From positions 248,001 to 312,000 of the forward strand of contig CDRNVI010000007.1 of assembly GCA_977017575.1 (NCBI GenBank): a DNA stretch of 64,000 nucleotides. The letters run 5' to 3'. Source of the DNA: Paramoeba atlantica. Taxonomy: Eukaryota; Protista; Discosea. The notes beneath the pieces are model-generated. The model saw only the letters and a list, made by a program, of their open reading frames with translations, searched no databases and was not told the DNA's origin. A program made the translations under genes and the position numbers. How positions within the stretch are numbered: position 1 is the stretch's first letter; each line of letters opens with the position of its first letter. Below, in pieces: positions 41,727-52,409 of the stretch.

Positions 41727-41769
41727 TATATTTTTTCTTTTACCATATGACTGTGTTCACTCCTTTTGT

Positions 41770-42480
41770 TCACTTTTCTTTCCATAACCTAAGCTAGAGC
41801 CCTGGTTACCTACCACCACCATCACCACCACCACTACCCTACAACCTTAAACTCTACTCTACTCCATACCCTTTCCAACCTCCCTCTCTCGCTCCCTCAC
41901 CCCTCCCCCCCACCACCACCATGCTTCACCCCTCCCCCTCCCTCCTCACCACCGGTTCACGATAGCGATGTCAATTTTGCAAATATCGACGGAGAACCTT
42001 GCCATCTGTCTAACGAACCACTCTTCCGGAGCCGATGCGCCATATCCTAGCTGCGGAGAGAAACCTAGAAGTTAGCAATGTTTCGAAAAGCTCGAAGACG
42101 GTTTCGAAGTACCGCCCTAAAATTCCGGACCTCGGTCTTTCTCTTCAGGAGGCCTATCTAACTTGTTGTGAACGAGGTTTGGAACGATTTTAGACCACCG
42201 GAGCCCCTTTTATTTTTTTTCTTTTGTTCTATGACAGTGTGTCCCTTTATAAAGGTTAAGCACAACGGTGTTTCTTCTTTACTTTCCCTCTTTTTGCTCA
42301 CTTTTCTTTCCATAACCCAACCTAGAGCCCTGGTTACCTACACCCACCACCACCACCACCACCGAAACCCTACAACCTTAAACTCTACTCTACTCTACTC
42401 CATACCCTTTCCAACCTCCCTCCCCCTCCCCCCCCTCCTCTCATCATGATGCTTCACCCCTCCCCCCCCCTCCTCTCCCC
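41770..42480 (+). repeat. Direct duplication of the 5' flank and first codons of the J-domain gene (about 41770-41950 versus 42300-42480)
   Basis: cacttttctttccataacc..ctagagccctggttaccta..(cac)n..ccctacaaccttaaactctact..ccatacccttttccaacctccct..atgcttcacccctcccc occurs twice. The upstream copy stops after MLHPSPSLLTTGSR*. Confidence 0.8.
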
Positions 42481-43156
42481 CCACCCCTACCGCCCCGGTC
42501 CCCTCACCGCCCTCTCCCGGTGGCTCGTCCTCCACCTCCTCCCCCCGACGGCCCAGCGCGCCCTCGGCCGTCGTCTGCGCCGCAACCTCTCCCGCGTAAA
42601 GGCCATGGAGGACGACCTCCGCTTCCTCACGGCCCACCGCTCCCCGCTGGCCGTGCTGGACCTCCCGGAGACCGTGGAGGCGCTCCCGGAGGTGCACGCG
42701 GCGTACCGGCGGCGGGTACTCGCGGCCCACCCGGACGCCCCGGGGGGCTCGCCGGGGGAGCTGGACCGGGTGCGCCGGGCCTACGCGATGGTGCTGGACC
42801 CCGGGAGTGTGTGGTACCGGGATGGGGGCGGGGGGGGGCTGGTGGGGGGGCTGGTGGGGGGGGGAGAGAGCGGAAGGGTCTCCGTACACACAAAGGCCAC
42901 GTGGCTGGGGGTGGGGGTGGTGCTCGGGGCGCTGGTGGCGCTGTGGGGGTTGGGGGAGACGGTGGTGAGGAAGGGGTGGGAGGGGGTGTTGGGGGTGGTG
43001 TTGCCGGAGGTGTATGAGGTGATGGTGGAGAGGGAGGGGGAGGAGGGGAGGAGGAGGGCGGCGGGGTTGGAGGTGGATACGGATCCACAGCGGTTACAGC
43101 CCCGGAAGTTGCAGAGGATAAACTTTCCGGGGCGGTTTTTGGATGAATTGGATTGA
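42446..43156 (+). CDS. DnaJ-domain protein with C-terminal TM segment, probably mitochondrial
   Basis: LAVLDLPETVEALPEVHAAYRRRVLAAHPDAPGGSPGELDRVRRAY (J domain, HPD motif); TM WLGVGVVLGALVALWGL; Arg/Leu-rich N-terminus. Confidence 0.8.
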   Translation: MMLHPSPPLLSPHPYRPGPLTALSRWLVLHLLPPTAQRALGRRLRRNLSRVKAMEDDLRFLTAHRSPLAVLDLPETVEALPEVHAAYRRRVLAAHPDAPGGSPGELDRVRRAYAMVLDPGSVWYRDGGGGGLVGGLVGGGESGRVSVHTKATWLGVGVVLGALVALWGLGETVVRKGWEGVLGVVLPEVYEVMVEREGEEGRRRAAGLEVDTDPQRLQPRKLQRINFPGRFLDELD

Positions 43157-43364
43157 AAAAAGCGGGGGGGGTTGTGGGATAGGGGGGGAAAGGGGTAATA
43201 AAAGGTGGCAGTGGAATACTGGTGTATATTCTTGACGTACAGGACTTCACATTTTTGGTGCAGAAACGCAAGTTTTCTACTTGTACCAACCGTCTATTTA
43301 TACTCTTTTTCTCCGTTTTGTAAAAACAAGTGATCAGTAGATTTCTTTCCGAGCTCTTTTTTTC

Positions 43365-44159
43365 ATGCATCGCTTCCTTGCACGGAGCTTTCGAGTTTTT
43401 AAAGTGCCCTCTCTACGACATTACAGCCCACCTGCGAGAGCTGTACAAGTGTACGAGTCAAAGTTTACAGAAAATATATTTCCAGTGGAACTTCCTCGCA
43501 GTGAGGTGGCAGAATATGCCCAGTTCCTGTTTGCAATGGGGGACAATTTTCTTCACGAGTTTCAGAACGTGGCAGGGTTGAGTCTTCCCGTGTTTTGGGA
43601 ACGCGACCGTGATGTAACGACGAATAGTGATATTGCCCAGGCCGTATCCGAGGAATTTTTGTTCTGTCTACGCTGGATGCAAATTCAGGGTGATTTGGAA
43701 AAATTATCTACAGTCCGGAACTACTATGAGACATTGGTTAATGCACAGCGCAAGGTACTGAGAGTTGAAGTGTTTGTTAATCCCTCAAACATGAAGGATA
43801 GTACCGCTATGTCTACGATTCAGGAACGGATAGGCTTCCAAATTGCTGCACATTCCACGCTGAAACACAAATCGCAGTACAAGAGAATTTTTCAAGTTCA
43901 TTCGGATTCCACTATTCCGGACGGGAAAGAAATGTTTTATGCCGAGACCGACGGGTTATCATTGTCGTCAATTCCTCGAGTTCACAAAGAAGAGCTTGAG
44001 GCACAACAAGCTTTAAGTGACGTGGACTACACCCGAGTGATACCATACAAAAAAATTATACGCACTCAATGGGAGGACAATATCGAGGTCGACGTTTTGC
44101 GTAGCTATTTTGATCAGTTGGCGTTATTGGATGAGGAAGAACAACTGCATGGAGTATAA
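43365..44159 (+). CDS. OSCP: Mitochondrial ATP synthase OSCP subunit, kinetoplastid type
   Basis: Matches my recollection of trypanosomatid OSCP: HYSPP..VYESKF, LPVFWER, LRWMQ..G.L, YETLVNAQRK, VDYT, WEDNIEVDVLRSYFDQLALLDEEE..HGV. Confidence 0.88.
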   Translation: MHRFLARSFRVFKVPSLRHYSPPARAVQVYESKFTENIFPVELPRSEVAEYAQFLFAMGDNFLHEFQNVAGLSLPVFWERDRDVTTNSDIAQAVSEEFLFCLRWMQIQGDLEKLSTVRNYYETLVNAQRKVLRVEVFVNPSNMKDSTAMSTIQERIGFQIAAHSTLKHKSQYKRIFQVHSDSTIPDGKEMFYAETDGLSLSSIPRVHKEELEAQQALSDVDYTRVIPYKKIIRTQWEDNIEVDVLRSYFDQLALLDEEEQLHGV

Positions 44160-44573
44160 TTGCTTTGGTGGAAAAATGAAAACGAAAATAGCTTACGACC
44201 CTATTAGTTTTTGTGGTTAGCGCAGTATAGATCAAAGAACGTTTCGTAGAGTGCTCCTTACTATTTAAGTATGTTTTCTTTTCTATAAGAACAGCACAAA
44301 TGTGCATTCTGTCGAATGTGGTCGACATCCTATTATTTTTTCGTCGATTTTCTTGTAAACCCTCAGTTATTTTCCGTTGATGCGTTCTCGTTGTACAAGG
44401 TCATGTTTTCGAAAAACTGTTTATTAACAAACGGGATATTCAGTGAAATATTGTGACAACGTTCAGAAGGTTGTAAATACATCCTTGTATTATTTGTGGT
44501 TGCTATTTTGTGGTCTATGGGGAGAACCTTTCTAGATCAGTTTTAACCGTGACCGTAATTTTCTGCTATTGGC

Positions 44574-47500
44574 ATGACCACAGAAACACCAGTCGGCACG
44601 TTCGGCTCCTCTCTTAATGAATACTGTACTCTCGGCCCGTCCGATTCCCTTTCTCTGACAGATTTTTTTGACAGACTTTTGTCGAGAAGGGCATTTATGT
44701 CGAGATCGAAATCTGAAAACAATGCGGATTCTTCGTCAAAGCTTTCCAACTCGAAAGATGATTTCAGTAAGAATTTCGCTTGCAGAACCAAAACATTGGG
44801 TCACTTTATTGTAGAATACATGACTAAAAACGAGAAGAATTACTCTCACAATATGGACCCGGAACAACTAGGAGAAAATTGCCTTTTCTGTATGGTGCAA
44901 GCACTTGAGTCATATTTAACTCATCAAGATTGCTCCATTCGTTCACGTGCCACGGATGTACTTGGACAAGCCATTCGACTTGCACATGGTTTTGGTCAGC
45001 TATCATCATGTGATCATTTCAGGGATAACGCTGAACTTTATAAAAGTTTTGAAAAGAGGATTTGGAGAAGCAATCTTGCTCGACGTAATTTGCTGGAATT
45101 TCTTCTTTCGCGCATGAAAGATTATGATACAATAGAGAGTGTTATACACGCCTTGCATGTTCTGCTGATTCAAATCGATGAAGTTTGTTCATTTTCAGAA
45201 CGGCAAGGACGAGGATGGCTCAGACTTACTGATGTGTCATCTATATTAGTCAGGATTGCGTCCGAGACACGATTGGAATATTCTCGATTAAGACTTCGAC
45301 GTCAAATTTACGACCTTTTTCGGAAGTTCTTTCTTCTCGGATATTTTTCCGACGAAGCACACGCAGAAATTGTGGGGGACATTCACCAGTCACATGTTTC
45401 GGAAAACGGCATGATCGAGATTCCTTTTCTTGATATAGGTGAATCTTCTTTTTCATTGAACGTTTCATCCCAAATTGTCGCATGTGATATTGCCGAGTAC
45501 TTTAAACAACTATCTCCACTTGTTCACCCTGCCACGTTCGTGCCCAAATTTCTGAAGTGTGTGGATGGAGAGCGCGATCCATTCAATGTTGTTACCCTTT
45601 TTCATCTTTTTGAAAGAGTAAACCGAATTATTGCGTTTTGGAAAAATCAATCGGGAGATGATGCGCTAGATATGGACTTCTTTGACAGTTTTTCTTGCTA
45701 CTTTCCCATTGACTTTAAAAAACCACAAGAAAACGTAACGTCACGTGAAGATGAACCCACGAAATCTACTAACGGGGATGAAAACACCTTCCAGTCAATA
45801 TCTTCGCCACTAGAATTCTACTCCATCACACGTCCAACGCTTCCTGTCGTTGACTCAATAAAACTACAGGAAAGCCTCCGAGAATTGTTGATACATCCAA
45901 GATTTATAAAAATTAGCATTCCTTTTCTTCTTGAGAAATTGTCTTCTGCCATTGAGGATACGAAACTACAAGTCCTGGAAGTCATGCGCGACATTTTCGT
46001 CCAAGCGATGCGAACAGATCAATATTTCGAGGCACTATCACATTTAGACTCTGATGCGATGAGTACCGAAGACACATCCTTGTTACTCTTAAGTGAAATT
46101 ATTCAAGCTTTACGAGAGGAACTTCACCAGTGCATTGGTAGCGAACGCAATGCACTAAAATTCGAAACTTTGCGTGTCATAAAGGCAATAGGAAGCTTTG
46201 TGTATGAAAGATCCAAGAGCGACAAGACGCTGAACTACTTAACCAAAAGATTCGTATTGGAGCCCTTCTTCAGGAATGTTACTAAGTTTCATGTAGACCG
46301 CGATTTTACGACTGATGACGATTTTAATCGAAATATTACTGTGTTAAATCAATCCGAAATACATGCTCTTTCTATTGATTTAGCATTAATCGAATCTTTT
46401 TTGGAGTCAAAGTCACGCCTGATATTGTTTTGCTACGCTCAAATCGATGCTGTACTGCAGTCTCACCATAAGGAGGGTAGAATAATTCGGTCCTCTCTTC
46501 AAAACAATTCTTTTGGGGAGCGTGAGAGACTCATGCACCTTCGAAGGGTTGAATATGCGACAGAAATATACGCCAATCTTCTTAGCATGGTGCGTAGCGC
46601 TGTATATGCTTCCCCTACGGATTTATGCCAGTACTTCAGAAACGTGATAAGTTTTATCCATTGTATCTTTGCGAGCGAATGTCCGACTTTATCGCGAAAT
46701 TTAATGAGCAATGGCGCCAAGTGTGTGATTGTACTTGCCTCATTCTTGGATTCACAGAAATTTTTAGAGGCTCCGTCTTGCCGCGCTCTTGCGAATAACG
46801 AGCCCGTATCTACTGACATTGAAGCACTAAGTGTTACATTGGAAACACAAGTTAACCTCTCCGATAACACTTTCGTTCGAGTGCAGGGCGACACGTCACA
46901 TCTATTTATGAGTTGTTCTTTGCGTCTAATTCTCACCAAATTGTTCGTTATCGTGTGCTCATTTTATTTCACAGTAGCTGATGTGCCTTCGGCCTCTGCG
47001 GTGTTGTCCAGTTTGACTCATGGGTGGATTACCCCTCAATCTTCTCTGTTGGTAAATATTTTGGTTCCCATGTGGCTCAGAGTATATTTTTCCTCTGATC
47101 ATTGTACCCGTGAAGGTATCGCTGAGAGTGAACATTCGCACGACGCACAAAGTAACTCCATGTTATTTAACTCCACCAAACGCGAAAAGCGCGAAGCGAA
47201 TTTTCCACCAGTATCTATAGCATTGGTCTCTGAAGTGTTTTCATCAGATCCTTACAAAGAGGGTATTTTGCATGGTCTCCTCTCGATTGTGCAGCTCGAC
47301 GTTTCTTATGCACGAAATGCTTTGAGTGCAACGACTCAGTTTCCAACTTTTAACTTCATTCGTATCGTTTCAGAACTTTTGCCTCTTACTGCAAAAGGTT
47401 GTCCGCCTCATCTCTTAAATCATTTATTAAAGGCAACGCAGAAAGTGCTTGACGTGTATCGTCAAGGCTCGTATGCTAAATGGGGTGAAGCGCCTGGAAG

Positions 47501-49145
47501 CACCCGAATAATGGAGAACAGCTTGGAGCCTGATTCGAATCCTGTACCATCGACGGAAAACATTACTGCTGCTTTATTCTCTTGTATACAAGCTATCTCT
47601 AGTTCTGTTCGTACGAAAAGCCAGTCGATCTCTTTGGAAAAGTTTTTATGTCTTGCTCATGCATTCTGCGCAACCAATATATGCAGTGCAAATCGTTTAT
47701 TGAGTGAAGTCGGTGAGCCATTATTCCGAGAAAGGAAAGACAGCGGATATTCTGATTCACACGATACAAATATGTGGATAAAACTCTTAAGCCTCGTGTT
47801 GCGTTCTGGACAGCGACTCGCTTCTCTTGAATCCCAAACTTCGATTCAGCATGGGGAAGTCACTTTATATATAAATAGTTCATGCGTAGAAAACTTAAGT
47901 TTTGTGATGACAGAATGCAGTGACATTATTCCTCAAAACAGGGAAGACGTGTTATTGTTAACATCGATTGTTCCTTCTCTACTTTGTGTGGAGTTGTGCG
48001 CTGCACTGGAGACTGTCAAAGATAAGAATGCTTTAGGGGTCTACGTACGAAGGAAAATTGATTTTCCTTCATCGTGGTTTTCATCGTCCGGTGACCCATC
48101 TCACTGTGACCGTCAATTTATGTCTTTGAGTACCGCGATTCACGCATCGGTAGCAAAAGCATTTTTTATGCACAACTGTGGCTCTGTAGGGAATGAAATC
48201 CTTGATATTGTTCTCGAAAACTTAACTCGATTGATAGTATCGAGTAAGTTCGATAAATGTGAAGACGTAATTCAGGGTCTGACAATCGCCTGTAGCCGTC
48301 ATGATGCATGGCTACATCATTGCCATGGAATACGACTTTCGGATAGCGAATGCCAAGAGCAGTTAAACACATTTTTGTATGAAGTTTTGCGACGATTGTT
48401 GAATTTATACGCAACGTTTGCCGGTCGCAAGCACGAAATTAGCAACCATTTCCCTGGAATGTTATTGTTCGTGTGCCTCTTGGCCTCTGAATTAGGCCCC
48501 AGTCAATGGAAGGCTCAATCGACCTTGCTTTTTGACGGGCTTCTTTACTTTCTACGTTCTTGCCTTCTGTCTCCCAAATCGTCAGTGCTATCTGGAGATC
48601 GAAAGACTCACATTCCAAGATGCGAAGCAACCAGTGACGCACCTCAGGGTGCCCTCAAGCACGAGATCACGAAAGCGCAGCTTGAAAGGTCGTGCTTAGG
48701 TATACTTCAGGAGCTTTTGAACGAACTGCCGTTTCAGCATATAGAAGAAAATTTAACGAATTTAATAAGTGTGCTTCTTTTTTCATGTCAACACAGCAAG
48801 TTGGATTCCAAAAGTGTTATGTCATCCATCGAAATGGACAGCAGAATAAACTCTTTTCGTTCATTAACTTTGCTTGCAGATCTTCTCTCCACCAAAAGCG
48901 TGAACAATTCTTCCGAAGCATGGCGAGAGGTAGAACACAGCCTGACTGTGAACAAGGACGGGAAAGAGATTGTTGACGAAAAAATTGAGCCTCCACACCT
49001 CTGCGATCAAACACTTTCCCTGCGTGACCTTGTTCTACGTGAGACGGAAAGATTTTTGTTTGACATGAAACGACCAGTTAGGCGAGAGGTGCAGCTTTGT
49101 CGACATAAATGGTTTCTACGCGAAGAATTGGAGAACTCTTTCTGA
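44574..49145 (+). CDS. MMS19: MMS19/MET18, cytosolic Fe-S assembly targeting factor
   Basis: FLKCVDGERDPFNVVTLF, FFDSFSCYFPIDFKKP, IPFLLEKLSS and C-terminal DMKRPVRREVQLCRHKW. Confidence 0.88.
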   Translation: MTTETPVGTFGSSLNEYCTLGPSDSLSLTDFFDRLLSRRAFMSRSKSENNADSSSKLSNSKDDFSKNFACRTKTLGHFIVEYMTKNEKNYSHNMDPEQLGENCLFCMVQALESYLTHQDCSIRSRATDVLGQAIRLAHGFGQLSSCDHFRDNAELYKSFEKRIWRSNLARRNLLEFLLSRMKDYDTIESVIHALHVLLIQIDEVCSFSERQGRGWLRLTDVSSILVRIASETRLEYSRLRLRRQIYDLFRKFFLLGYFSDEAHAEIVGDIHQSHVSENGMIEIPFLDIGESSFSLNVSSQIVACDIAEYFKQLSPLVHPATFVPKFLKCVDGERDPFNVVTLFHLFERVNRIIAFWKNQSGDDALDMDFFDSFSCYFPIDFKKPQENVTSREDEPTKSTNGDENTFQSISSPLEFYSITRPTLPVVDSIKLQESLRELLIHPRFIKISIPFLLEKLSSAIEDTKLQVLEVMRDIFVQAMRTDQYFEALSHLDSDAMSTEDTSLLLLSEIIQALREELHQCIGSERNALKFETLRVIKAIGSFVYERSKSDKTLNYLTKRFVLEPFFRNVTKFHVDRDFTTDDDFNRNITVLNQSEIHALSIDLALIESFLESKSRLILFCYAQIDAVLQSHHKEGRIIRSSLQNNSFGERERLMHLRRVEYATEIYANLLSMVRSAVYASPTDLCQYFRNVISFIHCIFASECPTLSRNLMSNGAKCVIVLASFLDSQKFLEAPSCRALANNEPVSTDIEALSVTLETQVNLSDNTFVRVQGDTSHLFMSCSLRLILTKLFVIVCSFYFTVADVPSASAVLSSLTHGWITPQSSLLVNILVPMWLRVYFSSDHCTREGIAESEHSHDAQSNSMLFNSTKREKREANFPPVSIALVSEVFSSDPYKEGILHGLLSIVQLDVSYARNALSATTQFPTFNFIRIVSELLPLTAKGCPPHLLNHLLKATQKVLDVYRQGSYAKWGEAPGSTRIMENSLEPDSNPVPSTENITAALFSCIQAISSSVRTKSQSISLEKFLCLAHAFCATNICSANRLLSEVGEPLFRERKDSGYSDSHDTNMWIKLLSLVLRSGQRLASLESQTSIQHGEVTLYINSSCVENLSFVMTECSDIIPQNREDVLLLTSIVPSLLCVELCAALETVKDKNALGVYVRRKIDFPSSWFSSSGDPSHCDRQFMSLSTAIHASVAKAFFMHNCGSVGNEILDIVLENLTRLIVSSKFDKCEDVIQGLTIACSRHDAWLHHCHGIRLSDSECQEQLNTFLYEVLRRLLNLYATFAGRKHEISNHFPGMLLFVCLLASELGPSQWKAQSTLLFDGLLYFLRSCLLSPKSSVLSGDRKTHIPRCEATSDAPQGALKHEITKAQLERSCLGILQELLNELPFQHIEENLTNLISVLLFSCQHSKLDSKSVMSSIEMDSRINSFRSLTLLADLLSTKSVNNSSEAWREVEHSLTVNKDGKEIVDEKIEPPHLCDQTLSLRDLVLRETERFLFDMKRPVRREVQLCRHKWFLREELENSF

Positions 49146-49337
49146 AAGTATTTTTTAATGTTTTTTCCTTTGTGCTCTTTTAAAAAGGTAAACCTTTCAA
49201 CCCCTTTTCTAGAATCTGGACTCGTTACTACTATACTGTACCCCAAGTACAGTATATTGGTTATATAGTATCTGACCCTGCAGTACACAATATGCTTTTT
49301 AATATGCTTTTTGATGGATATTAGTTTGTCAACAACA

Positions 49338-49826
49338 ATGAGCAACCGAGAAGATGAACTTAAAGCCATATGGGGGAAACCGCTAACTGTGGGAGATGAC
49401 GTTTCCAGCGACGAATCCGACATTTACGACATAATGAACGACAGAAAAAAAACAAAGGAACGGACAATGGACTCAAAATCCCCCAAACTGAAAAATAACC
49501 TTAAGGATGAGAGACAATTCAAAGACAAAACTCGTTCGTTCACCATACATTGTACAGTGCACAGCTCAACGAAGCGCTCTGAGCTTCAAGCACTTTTTAG
49601 TAGCTATCGGCCACTTTCTATTCGTATACACAAAGCGATCAAGTCTTCAGTGAGGAATCCGGTACACTATGCACTTGTAACTGTACCTAACAAAGCCATG
49701 GGCCTACATGCGATTTATACATTCCGAGGTACCGATCAGTCTCGTACAATTGGAGTAACAGAGCCATTGGACCTTAATATTTATTTCACACGCAAGCAAA
49801 ATCGGGTCATGCGCAGCCGGGCTTAA
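49338..49826 (+). CDS. Small RRM-like RNA-binding protein
   Basis: FTIHCTVHSSTKRSELQALFSSY...HYALVTVPNKAMGLHAI fits RRM topology; acidic/basic N-terminus. Confidence 0.6.
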   Translation: MSNREDELKAIWGKPLTVGDDVSSDESDIYDIMNDRKKTKERTMDSKSPKLKNNLKDERQFKDKTRSFTIHCTVHSSTKRSELQALFSSYRPLSIRIHKAIKSSVRNPVHYALVTVPNKAMGLHAIYTFRGTDQSRTIGVTEPLDLNIYFTRKQNRVMRSRA

Positions 49827-50066
49827 AATTATGTCTAATTCTTACTGACTGTTTAGACAAATCGGCTCACATACAAAGAGGTAAAAAAACATAAAAATAG
49901 GTAAATCCTCTTGCATTCTTATTTTTTCATAGGTTACATAAACGATTGAAATATTTTAAAAGGAAGTCGGTTGCTTTATTGGTGGTTGTACTTTGAATAT
50001 GTCATTTTGATATTCGTAGGTTTTCTTGTTTGTTACGCCTCTTATATTACTAATGATTCAGTGAAC

Positions 50067-52232
50067 ATGACAATGGAATTATTGACGTCCGACACGTTGG
50101 ATAGCGTTGAGGTTTTGCCTTTGGGGTCAGGGGGCGAAGTGGGTCGTTCGTGCGTGGTAGTGACCTTTAAAGGAAAGCGTGTTATGTTTGATTGCGGCTT
50201 ACACCCAGCGCGAATGGGACTTGATAGCCTTCCTATTCTTGACAATCTGAACTGTGGGTCCATTGACCTGGTTTTAGTAACTCATTTTCACTTGGATCAT
50301 TGTGGTGCTCTTCCATACTTGTGTAACGCTACTAATTTCGAAGGCAAAGTTTTTATGACGCACCCAACGAAAGCAATATATAGAAAGGTAATGTTGGATT
50401 TCATGAGAGTAAGTCCGAACTCTTCGGAACTAGTAAAGTCGCAATGGCTAGACAACACTATGGAAGTAGTACAGACTACTCATTACCACAAAAGAGAAGC
50501 TTGTGGAGGGATTTGTTTTACTGCATACAATGCGGGACACGTCCTTGGTGCCGCCATGTTTCTCGTAGAAATTGGGGGCGCAAAAGTCTTGTACACAGGG
50601 GATTACAGCCGTTATCCTGATCGACATCTTGTTGGGGCAGAGACTCCTCCACATTGTCCCGATGTGCTCATAGTTGAAAGTACATACGGAATTCAGATAC
50701 ATGAATCTCGCGAAGATAGAGAGGCGAAATTTCTAAATTGGGTCACAGAAGTCATACAGAGTCCTCGCAAAGGCAAGTGTCTTGTCCCGGTTTTCGCACT
50801 TGGACGCGCACAGGAGCTTTTACTTCTGTTAGATGAATATTGGGAGCAACACGAGGAGCTACGTAGCGTTCCAATTTACTTTATTTCTTCCATGTCTACG
50901 CGCTGCAGTGCTTTTTATGAAACTTATCGCTTTCAGATGAATGAGAATATTAAACATGGTACCGATAATCCGTTTGACTTTAAATACATTACGTGTTTAA
51001 AGGATTTGTCTAATTTTCACGACTTTGGTCCTTGTGTTGTACTTGCCAGTCCTGGTATGTTGCAAAGTGGTGTAAGCCGACAACTTTTTGAACGATGGTG
51101 TATCGATAGGCGCAATGGAGTTATCCTCGCTGGATACAGCGTCGAAGGAACGCTTGCAAAAAGTATTATGTCTCATCCTAAAGAAATAAACGGGGAGGAC
51201 GGTCGTGTGCTTCCTCTTCGAATGGAAACGATTCACACCGTGAGTTTCAGCGCCCACAGTGACTATGCTCAAACGCATGATTTTATCCAGAGTCTGCCTA
51301 CTCTTCAGCATGTAATTTTAGTTCATGGGCATTCCGAAGCTATGGCCAAGCTTTCCGAGAGGCTTAATTCAGACTTTTCTAGCCGTCCATTGACTGCCCT
51401 TACAACACTGAATACTAAACCGATCTGCATTCCGTTACGCGCGACCAACCACGCGTCTGCGCTTGGCACTTTGGCCTCTGAGTTGAACCACGCGAGTACG
51501 TCCATTACAAGGGATGCCATTCTCATCACACAAGCGGATGGAACACTGGAATTAGTGAATAGAGGGGATTTGGAGATTTACAGTGGACTGCGAACGGCTC
51601 GTCTACACTGCGGTATGCGTATTCCTGTGGACGAATCCATCAGTCTTCGAGACGTTTACAGTCATCTGTGTAACACTTTTCAAAATTGTATTCTGCATTC
51701 GGAAAACAGCGCTATTGGAGATACAGTTTTTGGCCATCGTGGCAATATCGAACATAAAATCGTCGTCGCAAAAGCAATAATAGTTGAGTTGAATACTGTA
51801 ACCAATTCGTCGGAAAACAATCTGGTCGTCAAGTGGAATATGTCCAAACATACTGATGTCATAGCGAATGCAGTGTGTATCACTTTACTCCAACTGCATC
51901 ACTTGGAAAAGTTGCAGGTGGGAGATATTCAGTCAGAATTGGATATGTCTTTCCGAATGCGATCTGCTCATCATTTTCTCTCACAACACTTTCAAGGCGT
52001 CCAACTGGATTACCGTACGGGCGAGATGACATTTCGACACGAAAAAGGGGGAAACGTTACTATTACTAACCTGCAGAAAGTTGAGTGTGATGATCAAGAT
52101 GCTAAAGTTGATGTCGAGCGGGTCGTACGACGTATGTTTCTGGCATTATTTCCCATCCCACTACTGGAGGGGGATGGATTATGTGAATGTCCATCACATG
52201 TGCATGAAAATGCCGCTTTTGACACGTCATGA
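50067..52232 (+). CDS. CPSF3: Cleavage and polyadenylation specificity factor 73 kDa endonuclease
   Basis: PLGSGGEVGRSC, THFHLDHCGALPY, AGHVLGAAMF, YTGDYSRYPDRHL, ESTYG, PVFALGRAQELLLLLDEYW, ASPGMLQSGVSR, FSAHSDY. Confidence 0.96.
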   Translation: MTMELLTSDTLDSVEVLPLGSGGEVGRSCVVVTFKGKRVMFDCGLHPARMGLDSLPILDNLNCGSIDLVLVTHFHLDHCGALPYLCNATNFEGKVFMTHPTKAIYRKVMLDFMRVSPNSSELVKSQWLDNTMEVVQTTHYHKREACGGICFTAYNAGHVLGAAMFLVEIGGAKVLYTGDYSRYPDRHLVGAETPPHCPDVLIVESTYGIQIHESREDREAKFLNWVTEVIQSPRKGKCLVPVFALGRAQELLLLLDEYWEQHEELRSVPIYFISSMSTRCSAFYETYRFQMNENIKHGTDNPFDFKYITCLKDLSNFHDFGPCVVLASPGMLQSGVSRQLFERWCIDRRNGVILAGYSVEGTLAKSIMSHPKEINGEDGRVLPLRMETIHTVSFSAHSDYAQTHDFIQSLPTLQHVILVHGHSEAMAKLSERLNSDFSSRPLTALTTLNTKPICIPLRATNHASALGTLASELNHASTSITRDAILITQADGTLELVNRGDLEIYSGLRTARLHCGMRIPVDESISLRDVYSHLCNTFQNCILHSENSAIGDTVFGHRGNIEHKIVVAKAIIVELNTVTNSSENNLVVKWNMSKHTDVIANAVCITLLQLHHLEKLQVGDIQSELDMSFRMRSAHHFLSQHFQGVQLDYRTGEMTFRHEKGGNVTITNLQKVECDDQDAKVDVERVVRRMFLALFPIPLLEGDGLCECPSHVHENAAFDTS

Positions 52233-52409
52233 GTATACACTATCTTATTTATAAAACACCATCTTTGTACCCCTTCGTATCTAAAACCGTTCGTTCTCAT
52301 TGTCATTTTTCCTTTTTTCACCTTCTCAGGCATAAGTAGTCTGTTTAATGGGATCCGGGGGCTACAAATAGTCTGTTTCTGATATTCAATACCTTTGACA
52401 ATTCTGAAA

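Noticed and set aside
42395-43370. Long minus-strand and alternate-frame Pro/Gly/Arg-rich ORFs (also 20378-21229, 12638-13024, 393-590)
   Set aside because: They are by-products of C/G-run composition in the skew islands, overlapping genes with recognisable domains on the + strand.
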